Below are positions 56,031 to 64,000 of a DNA stretch of 64,000 bases, one piece after another (position 1 is the first letter of the stretch; each line of letters starts with the position of its first letter). Source of the stretch: Candidatus Methanomethylophilaceae archaeon (GTDB lineage Archaea > Thermoplasmatota > Thermoplasmata > Methanomassiliicoccales > Methanomethylophilaceae). Location of the stretch: the NCBI GenBank assembly GCA_050944155.1, contig JBMNQN010000005.1:1-64000 (forward strand), read 5' to 3'. The translations under genes and the position numbers were made by a program. The notes under the pieces were generated by a model. The model did not search any database. It worked only from the letters and a program-made list of their open reading frames with translations, and was not told the DNA's origin.

Positions 56031-57766
56031 ACATGTCCCGTTACGACGCGGTGTTTCTGCATGCTCCGAGCGTGTACGATTTCAGAAAAAAGCCTATTTT
56101 TTACGGACCTGTGAGCGACGTCATTCCCTCGTCGCCGGTGTTCGAAATGTATCCGATCGGGTTCATGACGCTGAGCGCCCATCTGGAAAGGGCGGGATTC
56201 AGGACCAGAATTCTGAATCTTGCGGTAAGAATGCTCATGTCTGAAAAATACGACGCGGAAAAGGCGATATCCAAGCTTGATTCCGACGTGTTTTTCATAG
56301 ACCTCCATTGGATGCCCCATGCCCACGGTGCTTTGGAAATCGCAAAAACTGTAAAAAAATACCACCCGGACGCAAAAATCGAACTGGGCGGTTTCACTTC
56401 TTCGTATTTCTGGGAAGAAATAATCCGGAGGCCGGAAATCGATTTCGTGATGAGAGGGGACTCCACGGAAATTCCCACGGTGGAACTGATGCGCACCCTG
56501 GAATCCGGGGGCGACCTTTCCGAAGTTCCCAACCTTGTGTGGAAAGATTCCGACGGAAGGATACACGCAAACGAAGTTTCCCATGTCCCGGACTCCCTCG
56601 ACGACGTGATTTTCGATTACGGAACCATGATAAAGGGAACGATACGGAACATGGACATCAAAGGGGCGTTGCCATGGTCGGGATGGGATTCCGATCCGCT
56701 GACAATGGCGCTTTCGGTACGCGGATGTTCCCTGAACTGCGCCGAATGCGGAGGTTCCCGTTACGCAAACGGAAAAGTCGTGTGCAGGAAAAAACCCGCA
56801 TTCAGAAGTCCCGAAAAACTTGCGGAAGATCTCGACCTGATTCAGAGTTACATGAGGGCTCCGATATTCATAGTGGGAGATCTGAGACAGAACGGGAAAG
56901 ATTACGCGGAAAGATTCCTGAAATCGGTGAAGGAACGCAGAATAAAAAATCACGTGGTTGTCGAACTTTTCGACAGTGCCAGCGAGGATTATTTCAAGTC
57001 CTTGGACAGTACGTTCGAGGGCGGTTACACAATAGAATTTTCTCCCGATTCCCACGACGAGTCGGTAAGGTCCGCTCTCGGAAAAGGATACACCAACGAA
57101 AGCATCGAAAAGACCGTGGTCAACGCGTTCCGCAGCGGATGCGAGCGTTTCGATCTGTTCTACATGACAGGCCTCCCCTTCCAGTCCAGAGACTCCGCGC
57201 TCGAAAGTGCCAGAGCATCAAAAAAACTGTGGTCTCTCGTGGACATGGACGACCCGCTTCTCATATACAATTCCCCGTTTTCGCCCTTCGTGGATCCCGG
57301 GAGCAGGGCCTTCGAAAATCCTGAAAAATGGGGATACAAATTTTATGCCAGAACGCTGGAGGAACACCGCGCTCTGCTGGACAGTCCCTCGTGGAAGCTG
57401 ACTCTTTCTTACGAAACCGACCTGATGACCAGAGACGATATAGCCGAAACTTCGTACGACGCGGCCAAAATACTTGCCGGATGCGAATACGAAGCGGGCA
57501 GAATTTCCGAGACGCAGTACGAAAGAAGAAACGAGCGTACGGAAACGGCCCGCGCTCTGATGCACGAAGTGGACGCCATCATGGCCGTCGAAAACCGGGA
57601 AGAAAGAGAGGCGGAACTGTGGAACATCCGGGAAAAAGGAAGACGCATCATGGATTCCACGGTATGCGAGAAATCGGACCTGAGCTGGAATGCGAAACCC
57701 GTTTGGACGGATACGTTCAGAATTGCGAAGAGACTTATTTTCCCCCTCGGAAGGAAAACCCCCTAA
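56027..57766 (+). CDS. B12-binding domain radical SAM protein (TIGR04190-like)
   Basis: LHAPSVYDFR...GPVSDVIPS, DLHWMPHAHG, RGCSLNCAECGGS, PFVDPGS. Confidence 0.88.
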   Translation: MNMSRYDAVFLHAPSVYDFRKKPIFYGPVSDVIPSSPVFEMYPIGFMTLSAHLERAGFRTRILNLAVRMLMSEKYDAEKAISKLDSDVFFIDLHWMPHAHGALEIAKTVKKYHPDAKIELGGFTSSYFWEEIIRRPEIDFVMRGDSTEIPTVELMRTLESGGDLSEVPNLVWKDSDGRIHANEVSHVPDSLDDVIFDYGTMIKGTIRNMDIKGALPWSGWDSDPLTMALSVRGCSLNCAECGGSRYANGKVVCRKKPAFRSPEKLAEDLDLIQSYMRAPIFIVGDLRQNGKDYAERFLKSVKERRIKNHVVVELFDSASEDYFKSLDSTFEGGYTIEFSPDSHDESVRSALGKGYTNESIEKTVVNAFRSGCERFDLFYMTGLPFQSRDSALESARASKKLWSLVDMDDPLLIYNSPFSPFVDPGSRAFENPEKWGYKFYARTLEEHRALLDSPSWKLTLSYETDLMTRDDIAETSYDAAKILAGCEYEAGRISETQYERRNERTETARALMHEVDAIMAVENREEREAELWNIREKGRRIMDSTVCEKSDLSWNAKPVWTDTFRIAKRLIFPLGRKTP

Positions 57767-57801
57767 GGTATCATATTAGGTAAAAGAAACTCGCGCGAGG
57801 G

Positions 57802-58608
57802 TTACTCTCCGCTCATTTTCCTGGATTTTATGATGCTTGCCTCGGTAGCTTCCGTCAGTTTTTCCATAGCATCCGAGTTCTGAAGTACTTTTACTCCTTC
57901 GATTGTGGTTCCTCCGGGGGAACATACTCCGTCTTTCAGTTCTTCGGGAGATTTTCCGGTTTCCAGAATCATTTTCGCGGCTCCCAGCATAGACTGTGCC
58001 GCCAGTTTCAGAGATATGTCTTCGGGAATCCCGTTCTTTACACCGGCTTCGGCCACCGCGTCCGCGACCATGTACATGAACGCGGGAGAGCTGCCGGATA
58101 TTCCCGTAACGGCATCCAGATCGCTTTCTTTCACTTCTACGGCCAGACCCGTTGCGGAAAGAACCGCATGTACCTTCCTTACGTCCGCGTCACCGGCTTT
58201 TGAGCCTCTGGAATAGCCTGCGGCACCCTCTCCGACAAGGCAGCAATGATTGGGCATAACTCGCACAATTTTTACATCTGGCACATACGCCTCCAAAGTG
58301 CTTATTTTCAGCCCTGCAACGATGCTCATGAGCAGGTGGGAAGGTCCGAATTTAAGTCCTTTCTCGGCAAAAAGTCCGGGAATCTGAGAGGGTTTTACGG
58401 CGATGACGACGAAATCCGTAACATTGGCAACTTCCGCGGCGGTTTCGTAAGTCTTTATTCCGAATTCCTCGGAAATTCTTTTTCTTGTTTCGGAACTCGG
58501 AGCGGCGGCGGCGATTTCGTCGTTTTTGCAAAGTCCTTTGGAAATTATCCCTCCGATCAAAGCCGAAGCCATTCTGCCGGCACCTATGAACCCGATTTTT
58601 ACACTCAT
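57802..58608 (-). CDS. proC: Pyrroline-5-carboxylate reductase
   Basis: GFIGAGRMA, AVKP, RVMPN, SGSSPA, VCSPGGTT. Confidence 0.96.
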   Translation of the reverse strand: MSVKIGFIGAGRMASALIGGIISKGLCKNDEIAAAAPSSETRKRISEEFGIKTYETAAEVANVTDFVVIAVKPSQIPGLFAEKGLKFGPSHLLMSIVAGLKISTLEAYVPDVKIVRVMPNHCCLVGEGAAGYSRGSKAGDADVRKVHAVLSATGLAVEVKESDLDAVTGISGSSPAFMYMVADAVAEAGVKNGIPEDISLKLAAQSMLGAAKMILETGKSPEELKDGVCSPGGTTIEGVKVLQNSDAMEKLTEATEASIIKSRKMSGE

Positions 58609-58721
58609 TTTAACCGTAATCCGTATTGCGGACCTCGTTTATAACCTGTTCCCGCGCGCGTCGCGCGCGTCCCGTTCTCCGGCTTAACCGTTATATACTT
58701 TTAAGGCATCGACTGCCCTCA

Positions 58722-59084
58722 ATGTCACTCGTTACGTACTACATTCCGCTGGTAGTGCTTGCCGCAGTATGTCTAGGGTTTGCACCGTTGGCGTGGCTGG
58801 TGTCGAGGTATATCAGACCTACGAAAACAACATCCTGGATGGAGTCAACTTATGAGTGCGGGACGGAACCGATTGGAGATGCACATGTTCAGTTCAGGTT
58901 CCAACACTACGCCTTTGCAATCATTTTCATCATTTTCGACCTTGTTGTGACGTTCTTGATGGTATGGGTGCTGGCGTTTTCCGGTTTCTCGACCGCAGCC
59001 CGCCTCTGGATGCTCATCTTCATGGGTGTAATGTTGCTGGGAGTCGCCTACGCGCTCAAGAAGGAGGAAAAAATATGGATATGA
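58722..59084 (+). CDS. fpoA: Fpo-like complex subunit A
   Basis: Three TM helices, TYECG.EP, FAIIFIIFD. Confidence 0.92.
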   Translation: MSLVTYYIPLVVLAAVCLGFAPLAWLVSRYIRPTKTTSWMESTYECGTEPIGDAHVQFRFQHYAFAIIFIIFDLVVTFLMVWVLAFSGFSTAARLWMLIFMGVMLLGVAYALKKEEKIWI

Positions 59085-59638
59085 GTCTCTACCCCCACGC
59101 GGTAGCCATGAGCGCCGAGGAGTTTATGGATTGGTCTACGGCCATCATAAACGATCTTCTCAGCGCAGGAACCAAACGAACCGTAGACAAACTCACCGGA
59201 CCTATCTGGACCTGGGCTATGAAGAACTCCATGCACCCCCTTCACTGGGGCCTTGCGTGCTGTGCTCTGGAAATGGCATCGGCCTCCGCGTCGAGACACG
59301 ACGCCGAACGTCTGGGTATTATTTACCGTTCTTCTCCGAGACAGACCGATATCCTTCTTATCAACGGCTGGATTTCAAAGAAAGTCCGCCCCTCCATAAG
59401 GCGTCTCTACGAACAGATGCCCAACCCCAAGTGGGTCGTGGCCATGGGAGAATGCGCCATATCCGGTGGACCTTGGTTCGATTCTTATAACTGCGTACAG
59501 GGAACCGATCAGATTGTTCCGGTGGACCTTTTCATCCCCGGATGCCCCGTGAAGCCCGACGCGATGATTGACGGATTCATGCTTCTTCAGAAGAAAATCG
59601 GAGACTACTTCCAGAGAGGAGTATTCATGGAGGACTGA
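59075..59638 (+). CDS. fpoB: Fpo-like complex subunit B
   Basis: GLACCALEM, SPRQTD, MGECAISGG, PGCP. Confidence 0.95.
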   Translation: MDMSLYPHAVAMSAEEFMDWSTAIINDLLSAGTKRTVDKLTGPIWTWAMKNSMHPLHWGLACCALEMASASASRHDAERLGIIYRSSPRQTDILLINGWISKKVRPSIRRLYEQMPNPKWVVAMGECAISGGPWFDSYNCVQGTDQIVPVDLFIPGCPVKPDAMIDGFMLLQKKIGDYFQRGVFMED

Positions 59639-59640
59639 AA

Positions 59641-60114
59641 ATGGATACGGAAGCCATTTATCAGCAACCTACCGTGGGAGAAATCCAGACCCTCCTGGAA
59701 TCCAAATTCCCCGGTGTCAAAGTTTACAAAACAGAAACCAGACGCATATACGCGGAACTGGCGGATAAAAAAGACGTTTTCGACGTGTGCAACTACATAC
59801 ACGACAACCTGACCTTCGAACACTGCTCGGTGGTCATGGGTGCGGACATGGGCGACCATCTCGAAGTCATCTACCTTCTCACCAATTATTACAGCGGAAC
59901 GGTGATAGAGCTGGATGTAAAACTTCCTATGGACGACCTTCACGTAAGCACCGTGTCGTACATATGGGAAGGAGCCAACTGGCACGAGAGGGAAACATAC
60001 GAACTGTTCGGAATCATTTTCGACGGACACCCCAAGCTCGAAAGGCTGCTCACGCCGGATACTTATAACTTCTTCCCTTTCAGAAAATCTTACAAGCTAA
60101 GGGGGCAGGAATGA
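59641..60114 (+). CDS. fpoC: Fpo-like complex subunit C
   Basis: ANWHERETYELFGIIFDGHP. Confidence 0.93.
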   Translation: MDTEAIYQQPTVGEIQTLLESKFPGVKVYKTETRRIYAELADKKDVFDVCNYIHDNLTFEHCSVVMGADMGDHLEVIYLLTNYYSGTVIELDVKLPMDDLHVSTVSYIWEGANWHERETYELFGIIFDGHPKLERLLTPDTYNFFPFRKSYKLRGQE

Positions 60115-60115
60115 A

Positions 60116-61282
60116 ATGGTCGTACCCAACACGATTGACACTTTCGACGTACCTCCCGAACTGAAACCCGGCGAAAAGAGAATGGAAACGGACTCCATGT
60201 GGATTTACATGGGTCCCCAGCACCCCTTCTCCCACGGACTGTGGACTCTTAAAGTCAAAGTCGACGGAGAAGTGGTCACGGATGCGGAGGCGATTATAGG
60301 ATATCTCCACCGCGGATGGGAGAAAGAAACCGAGAACAGAACATACCCCAGGATTATCCCTATGGCAGACCGTCTCTGCTATTCGGCTTCCATGACTTAT
60401 ACCCACCTTTACTGCATGACGGTGGAGAAAGCTCTGGGTATAGACATTCCGGAGAAGGCCAAGTACATCAGAATCGTCGCCGACGAGATCTGCCGCATTC
60501 AGTCCCACCTTATGTGGCTGGCGGCGGTGGGAACCGACCTCGGAAACCTTACCATCTTCCTTTGGGGAATGAGGGAAAGGGAATTCTGGCTGGATCTCAA
60601 CGTAAGACTCTGCGGTCAGAGGATGACCACCAACTATACCCGTATAGGCGGTGTGAGAAACGATACCACGGAACTTTTCGACAGGGACGTCATGAGATGT
60701 ACCGAGCGCTTCGAAAAGAGACTCTGGGACTTCGTGGGAATGATTGATGACAGCGCCGCTTTCGTGGGCAGGATGAAAGGCATAAGCTACATGACCCGCG
60801 AGCAGTGCGCCAACCTGGGAATAACCGGGCCGGCCATGAGAGGCTGCGGACTCGATTTCGATGCCCGTCGCGACGATCCTTACGACAACTACGACAAAAT
60901 CGATTTCGAAGTTCCCGTGCTTACAACCGGGGACACCTATGCCAGGTACATGATAAGAATCGAAGAGATGTTCCAGTCCTGCGAAATAATAAGACAGGCC
61001 GTCCGCAAAATCAGGGCTCTCGGCAAGAACGCCCCCTACAGGGTCAAGGTACCTTCCAAAGTACCTGCCGGCAGAGCGTTCACGAGACTCGAGGACCCCC
61101 GCGGAGAGTCCATAATGTATCTGATTTCCGACGGAACCGACAAACCCTACAGACTGAAGGTCCGTGCGCCTCTGTTCACGAACATAAGCGCATCCAGGCC
61201 CATGGTTCAGGGTATCAAAGTTGCGGACGTCCCCGCCGTCATGGCGATGATTGACGTCTGCATGGGAGAAACGGACAGGTGA
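60116..61282 (+). CDS. fpoD: Fpo-like complex subunit D
   Basis: GPQHPFSHG, GYLHRG.EK, RIQSHL, EDPRGE, D..MGETDR; no NiFe CxxC ligands. Confidence 0.95.
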   Translation: MVVPNTIDTFDVPPELKPGEKRMETDSMWIYMGPQHPFSHGLWTLKVKVDGEVVTDAEAIIGYLHRGWEKETENRTYPRIIPMADRLCYSASMTYTHLYCMTVEKALGIDIPEKAKYIRIVADEICRIQSHLMWLAAVGTDLGNLTIFLWGMREREFWLDLNVRLCGQRMTTNYTRIGGVRNDTTELFDRDVMRCTERFEKRLWDFVGMIDDSAAFVGRMKGISYMTREQCANLGITGPAMRGCGLDFDARRDDPYDNYDKIDFEVPVLTTGDTYARYMIRIEEMFQSCEIIRQAVRKIRALGKNAPYRVKVPSKVPAGRAFTRLEDPRGESIMYLISDGTDKPYRLKVRAPLFTNISASRPMVQGIKVADVPAVMAMIDVCMGETDR

Positions 61283-61286
61283 TATC

Positions 61287-62456
61287 ATGGGATTGAAAGA
61301 CTGGATTACATTTACGGACCCCCTGTCAAACCCGTACTATCCTTACGGGGACACATACAACATAGGTTACGACCTCTGTTACAAAATTTGGGAAATACTC
61401 GGAGGATTCGTAGCCTGGCTCTTCAATTTGCTGTTCCCGGGCAACGGATTTTCCACGTTCCTCGTGTCAGACGAAGTGGTCAACGCGTTTGCGATAATTC
61501 TGTTCGCACTCGTTGTGTTCCTCGTCATATTTACCGGTGTTCTGATTTCTTTGTGGCAGGAACGTAAGTTCCTGGGAAGGTTTATGGACAGAAGGGGAAC
61601 CATGATAGGTATGAAGGGTTTCCTTCAGTGCGTCGCCGACGGTTTCAAAACCTTCATGAAAGAAAACACCCTGCCCCGCAAGATTGACAAGATGACCTAC
61701 ATGTGGACGGTCACCCTGATTGTAGGAACGTCCGTTCTGGTGGCAACCATGCTGCCTCTGTCCGATCGTTTCTTCATAGTCAACTACGACTCGGGTCTGC
61801 TTATCGTGATGGCGATTTACGCGCTGGCACCTTTCTTCATACTTGTTTCGGGCTGGGCTCAGAACAACAAATATTCGCTTATAGGCGGAATGAGAGCCGC
61901 GCAGTCGATGATTGCTTACGAAATACCCATGCTGATAACCGTGTGTTCCGTGGCTCTCCTCGCCGGCAGTTTCAACATAGGAGAAATAGTGGCGGCTCAG
62001 AACGAGACCACCTGGTACATTATCCCGCTGGCACTCGGATTCATAGTGTTCTTTACATGTTCTCTTGCTGAATCCGAACGTTCTCCTTTCGACCTCGCGG
62101 AAGCAGAATCCGAATTGGTCGAAGGATGGCAGACGGAATACGCGGGAATGAAATGGGGACTCATAATGCTGGGAGACTATCTCAGAGGATTCGCGTCCTG
62201 TGCGATGCTGTCCATACTGTTCCTGGGAGGATGGAACATAGCTCCGTTCCTTTCCGACGAAGTCAACGCATTCTTCCCCGAAATAATACAGCTGCTTAAG
62301 GGATGGATTATGTTCGGACTCATGATCTGGGTCAGAGCCGCTCTCCCCCGTGTCAGAATCGATCAGATTCTCAACCTGGGATGGAAGGTCCTCATGCCGC
62401 TGTCCGTGGTTAACCTGGTGATAGCCGTTCTGCTCGTGAATGGAGGCGTGTTCTGA
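61287..62456 (+). CDS. fpoH: Fpo-like complex subunit H
   Basis: ERKFLGRFMDRRG, GGMRAAQ, PFDLAEAESELVEG, LPRVRIDQ. Confidence 0.95.
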   Translation: MGLKDWITFTDPLSNPYYPYGDTYNIGYDLCYKIWEILGGFVAWLFNLLFPGNGFSTFLVSDEVVNAFAIILFALVVFLVIFTGVLISLWQERKFLGRFMDRRGTMIGMKGFLQCVADGFKTFMKENTLPRKIDKMTYMWTVTLIVGTSVLVATMLPLSDRFFIVNYDSGLLIVMAIYALAPFFILVSGWAQNNKYSLIGGMRAAQSMIAYEIPMLITVCSVALLAGSFNIGEIVAAQNETTWYIIPLALGFIVFFTCSLAESERSPFDLAEAESELVEGWQTEYAGMKWGLIMLGDYLRGFASCAMLSILFLGGWNIAPFLSDEVNAFFPEIIQLLKGWIMFGLMIWVRAALPRVRIDQILNLGWKVLMPLSVVNLVIAVLLVNGGVF

Positions 62457-63196
62457 TGGCACTGAAATATCTCGACAAATATCCTAAAAATCCCGCCAGG
62501 AAACTGTGGGTTCTCAAGCCTATGTGGGTATCGATAAAACTGTTCTTCAAGACGGTGTTCCACAGGCCTGTGACCATTCTGTATCCTTACGAGAAGGAAT
62601 GGATTCCCGACAACTACCGCGGACGTCCCGGACTCAGGTTCGACATGTGCGTCGGCTGCGGAGTGTGCGTCAGAATGTGCCCCACGGACTGCATAAAGCT
62701 CGTGGAAGTTGACGACGACAACGGAAAGAAAGTGATGAGGCCCCAGATATTCGTCGGAAGATGCGCGTTCTGCGGCTACTGTTCCGAATACTGTCCCACC
62801 AACGCCATGACGGTCACTCCGGAATACGAGCTTGCGGAGCTGTTCAAGAAGGACATGATATACGATCCCCGCAGGCTGCACTTCGAAGACACCACTCCCG
62901 GAATGGAAGTACACCTGGAGATGACCCTCCAGTCCGACATCGATGCGGGCAACCCCGACAAGAGGGTAAAGCCCTACGAAGTCGACTACCCGGTCGTCGA
63001 CGAAGATCTGTGCATCGGATGCAAAAAGTGCCAGAGAGTATGTCCGGTGGACGCCGTAGAGATGGTGGAAAAAGGTGTGAACGCCAAAGGGAGACCCAAG
63101 CTGGTGCCCGTGTTCGACATCGAGAAGTGTATAGTCTGCAACAACTGCGTAATAGACTGTCCCAAATCCGTGATTCACATAGAGGAGGTGCTCTGA
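62456..63196 (+). CDS. fpoI: Fpo-like complex subunit I with four [4Fe-4S] motifs
   Basis: VTILYPYE plus four CxxCxxCxxxCP motifs. Confidence 0.94.
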   Translation: MALKYLDKYPKNPARKLWVLKPMWVSIKLFFKTVFHRPVTILYPYEKEWIPDNYRGRPGLRFDMCVGCGVCVRMCPTDCIKLVEVDDDNGKKVMRPQIFVGRCAFCGYCSEYCPTNAMTVTPEYELAELFKKDMIYDPRRLHFEDTTPGMEVHLEMTLQSDIDAGNPDKRVKPYEVDYPVVDEDLCIGCKKCQRVCPVDAVEMVEKGVNAKGRPKLVPVFDIEKCIVCNNCVIDCPKSVIHIEEVL

Positions 63197-63529
63197 GTGT
63201 CGGTTATAGGAAATGCATGGAACGAGTTCGTAAACTATCTGCAGTACCTCTGCGACAACGTGGATCTGATTATCTTCCTGGCCATAGCGGCCATAGGGAT
63301 AACCGCCGCGCTGTTCGTCGTAATAGACAAGGAAGCGATGCACAGCGCGTTCTACCTTGCGCTGACGTTCGTCATGGTTGCCGTGGTCTTCATAATTCTG
63401 GAGGCGGAATTCATGGCAATCGTGCAGATGTTCGTTTACGTCGGTGCGATAACGATACTCTTCGCGTTCAGCATCATGCTGACCAGAAGATACATCATGA
63501 AATCGGGAGGCGATAACGATGATGAGTAA
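63197..63529 (+). CDS. fpoJ: Fpo-like complex subunit J, N-terminal part
   Basis: HSAFYL, AEFMA..Q..VYVGAI..LF. Confidence 0.9.
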   Translation: MSVIGNAWNEFVNYLQYLCDNVDLIIFLAIAAIGITAALFVVIDKEAMHSAFYLALTFVMVAVVFIILEAEFMAIVQMFVYVGAITILFAFSIMLTRRYIMKSGGDNDDE

Positions 63530-63812
63530 GAGAAAGATCATAGGAATCGCGACGGCCGTTCTGGTCCTCGCGATTCTCACCCTCGCGATATTCGTGACGG
63601 GATGGGGAGACATAGTCGCATACAGCGGCCCGGTGTCCCTTCCCACGTTCAAACCCATGGTCGGAGGCGCCCTCTTGGAGGGGTCTCTGTCGTACGTGGT
63701 CTTCGAGGTTTACGGCCCTATTGTGGCTCTGCTCTCGACGATTATGTTCGGGGCCATGATAGGTGCCATATGTGTGGCAAAAGAGGAGGTCGATGACGAT
63801 GATTCCGATTGA
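63519..63812 (+). CDS. Fpo-like complex subunit J, C-terminal part (split J)
   Basis: Two TM helices ending [12 protein letters not shown], matching the NuoJ C-terminus. Confidence 0.8.
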   Translation: MMSKRKIIGIATAVLVLAILTLAIFVTGWGDIVAYSGPVSLPTFKPMVGGALLEGSLSYVVFEVYGPIVALLSTIMFGAMIGAICVAKEEVDDDDSD

Positions 63813-64000
63813 GTACATACTCATGTTCTCGGCTATCCTGTTCGTGATAGGCATATACGGCATAATGACGAAAAACAACGCAATCATTGTGCTCATGTGC
63901 ATAGAACTTGTGCTGAACGCGGCAAACATCAACTTTGTTGCGTTTGCGGCATACAATGCGGCAATCATGGGTCAGGTTTTCGTACTGTTTACCGTGGCGG
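63799..64000 (+). CDS. fpoK: Fpo-like complex subunit K (partial, runs off the window)
   Basis: [49 protein letters not shown]...GQVF; GAGGAGGT RBS. Start may be 63793. Confidence 0.92.
   Translation, partial: MIPIEYILMFSAILFVIGIYGIMTKNNAIIVLMCIELVLNAANINFVAFAAYNAAIMGQVFVLFTVA

Noticed and set aside
1-64000. CRISPR arrays, transposases, integrases, rRNA, SRP RNA or RNase P RNA
   Set aside because: I saw no repeat-spacer periodicity or mobile-element motifs, and no intergenic gap large enough or carrying the signature sequences.

Overview
Gene-dense archaeal core-genome window. By my count it holds 74 complete CDS, one partial CDS and a probable tRNA 3' end. I saw no CRISPR array, IS element, integrase or prophage. 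Gene content points to a Methanomassiliicoccales methanogen (Thermoplasmatota); this is an inference from the fpoABCDHIJJK operon start with a 4-cluster FpoI, methanogenesis marker 11, an HdrBC-like pair, folate-dependent PurH/FolD and split transketolase plus transaldolase. Functions covered: CoA, purine, serine, NAD and proline biosynthesis; replication and transcription (GINS, RPA/RPAP, PCNA, TFS, Rpo6, XPD); PAN; RNA processing and modification; and a complete R15P isomerase-RuBisCO-AMP phosphorylase operon. Main observations: (1) a dsRBD-less RNase III whose second catalytic motif lies after an in-frame TAG, while none of the other 73 complete genes ends in TAG, consistent with amber-to-pyrrolysine recoding; (2) purH and a THUMP-less thiI-like gene appear to start at CTG behind the same GGGGAGG RBS; (3) a membrane protein fused to a degenerate Vsr-like domain; (4) candidate structured RNAs upstream of a beta-CASP RNase gene and of purP; (5) a TFE-like winged-helix gene coupled to XPD. 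All family calls are motif recognition by eye; no database searches were run.
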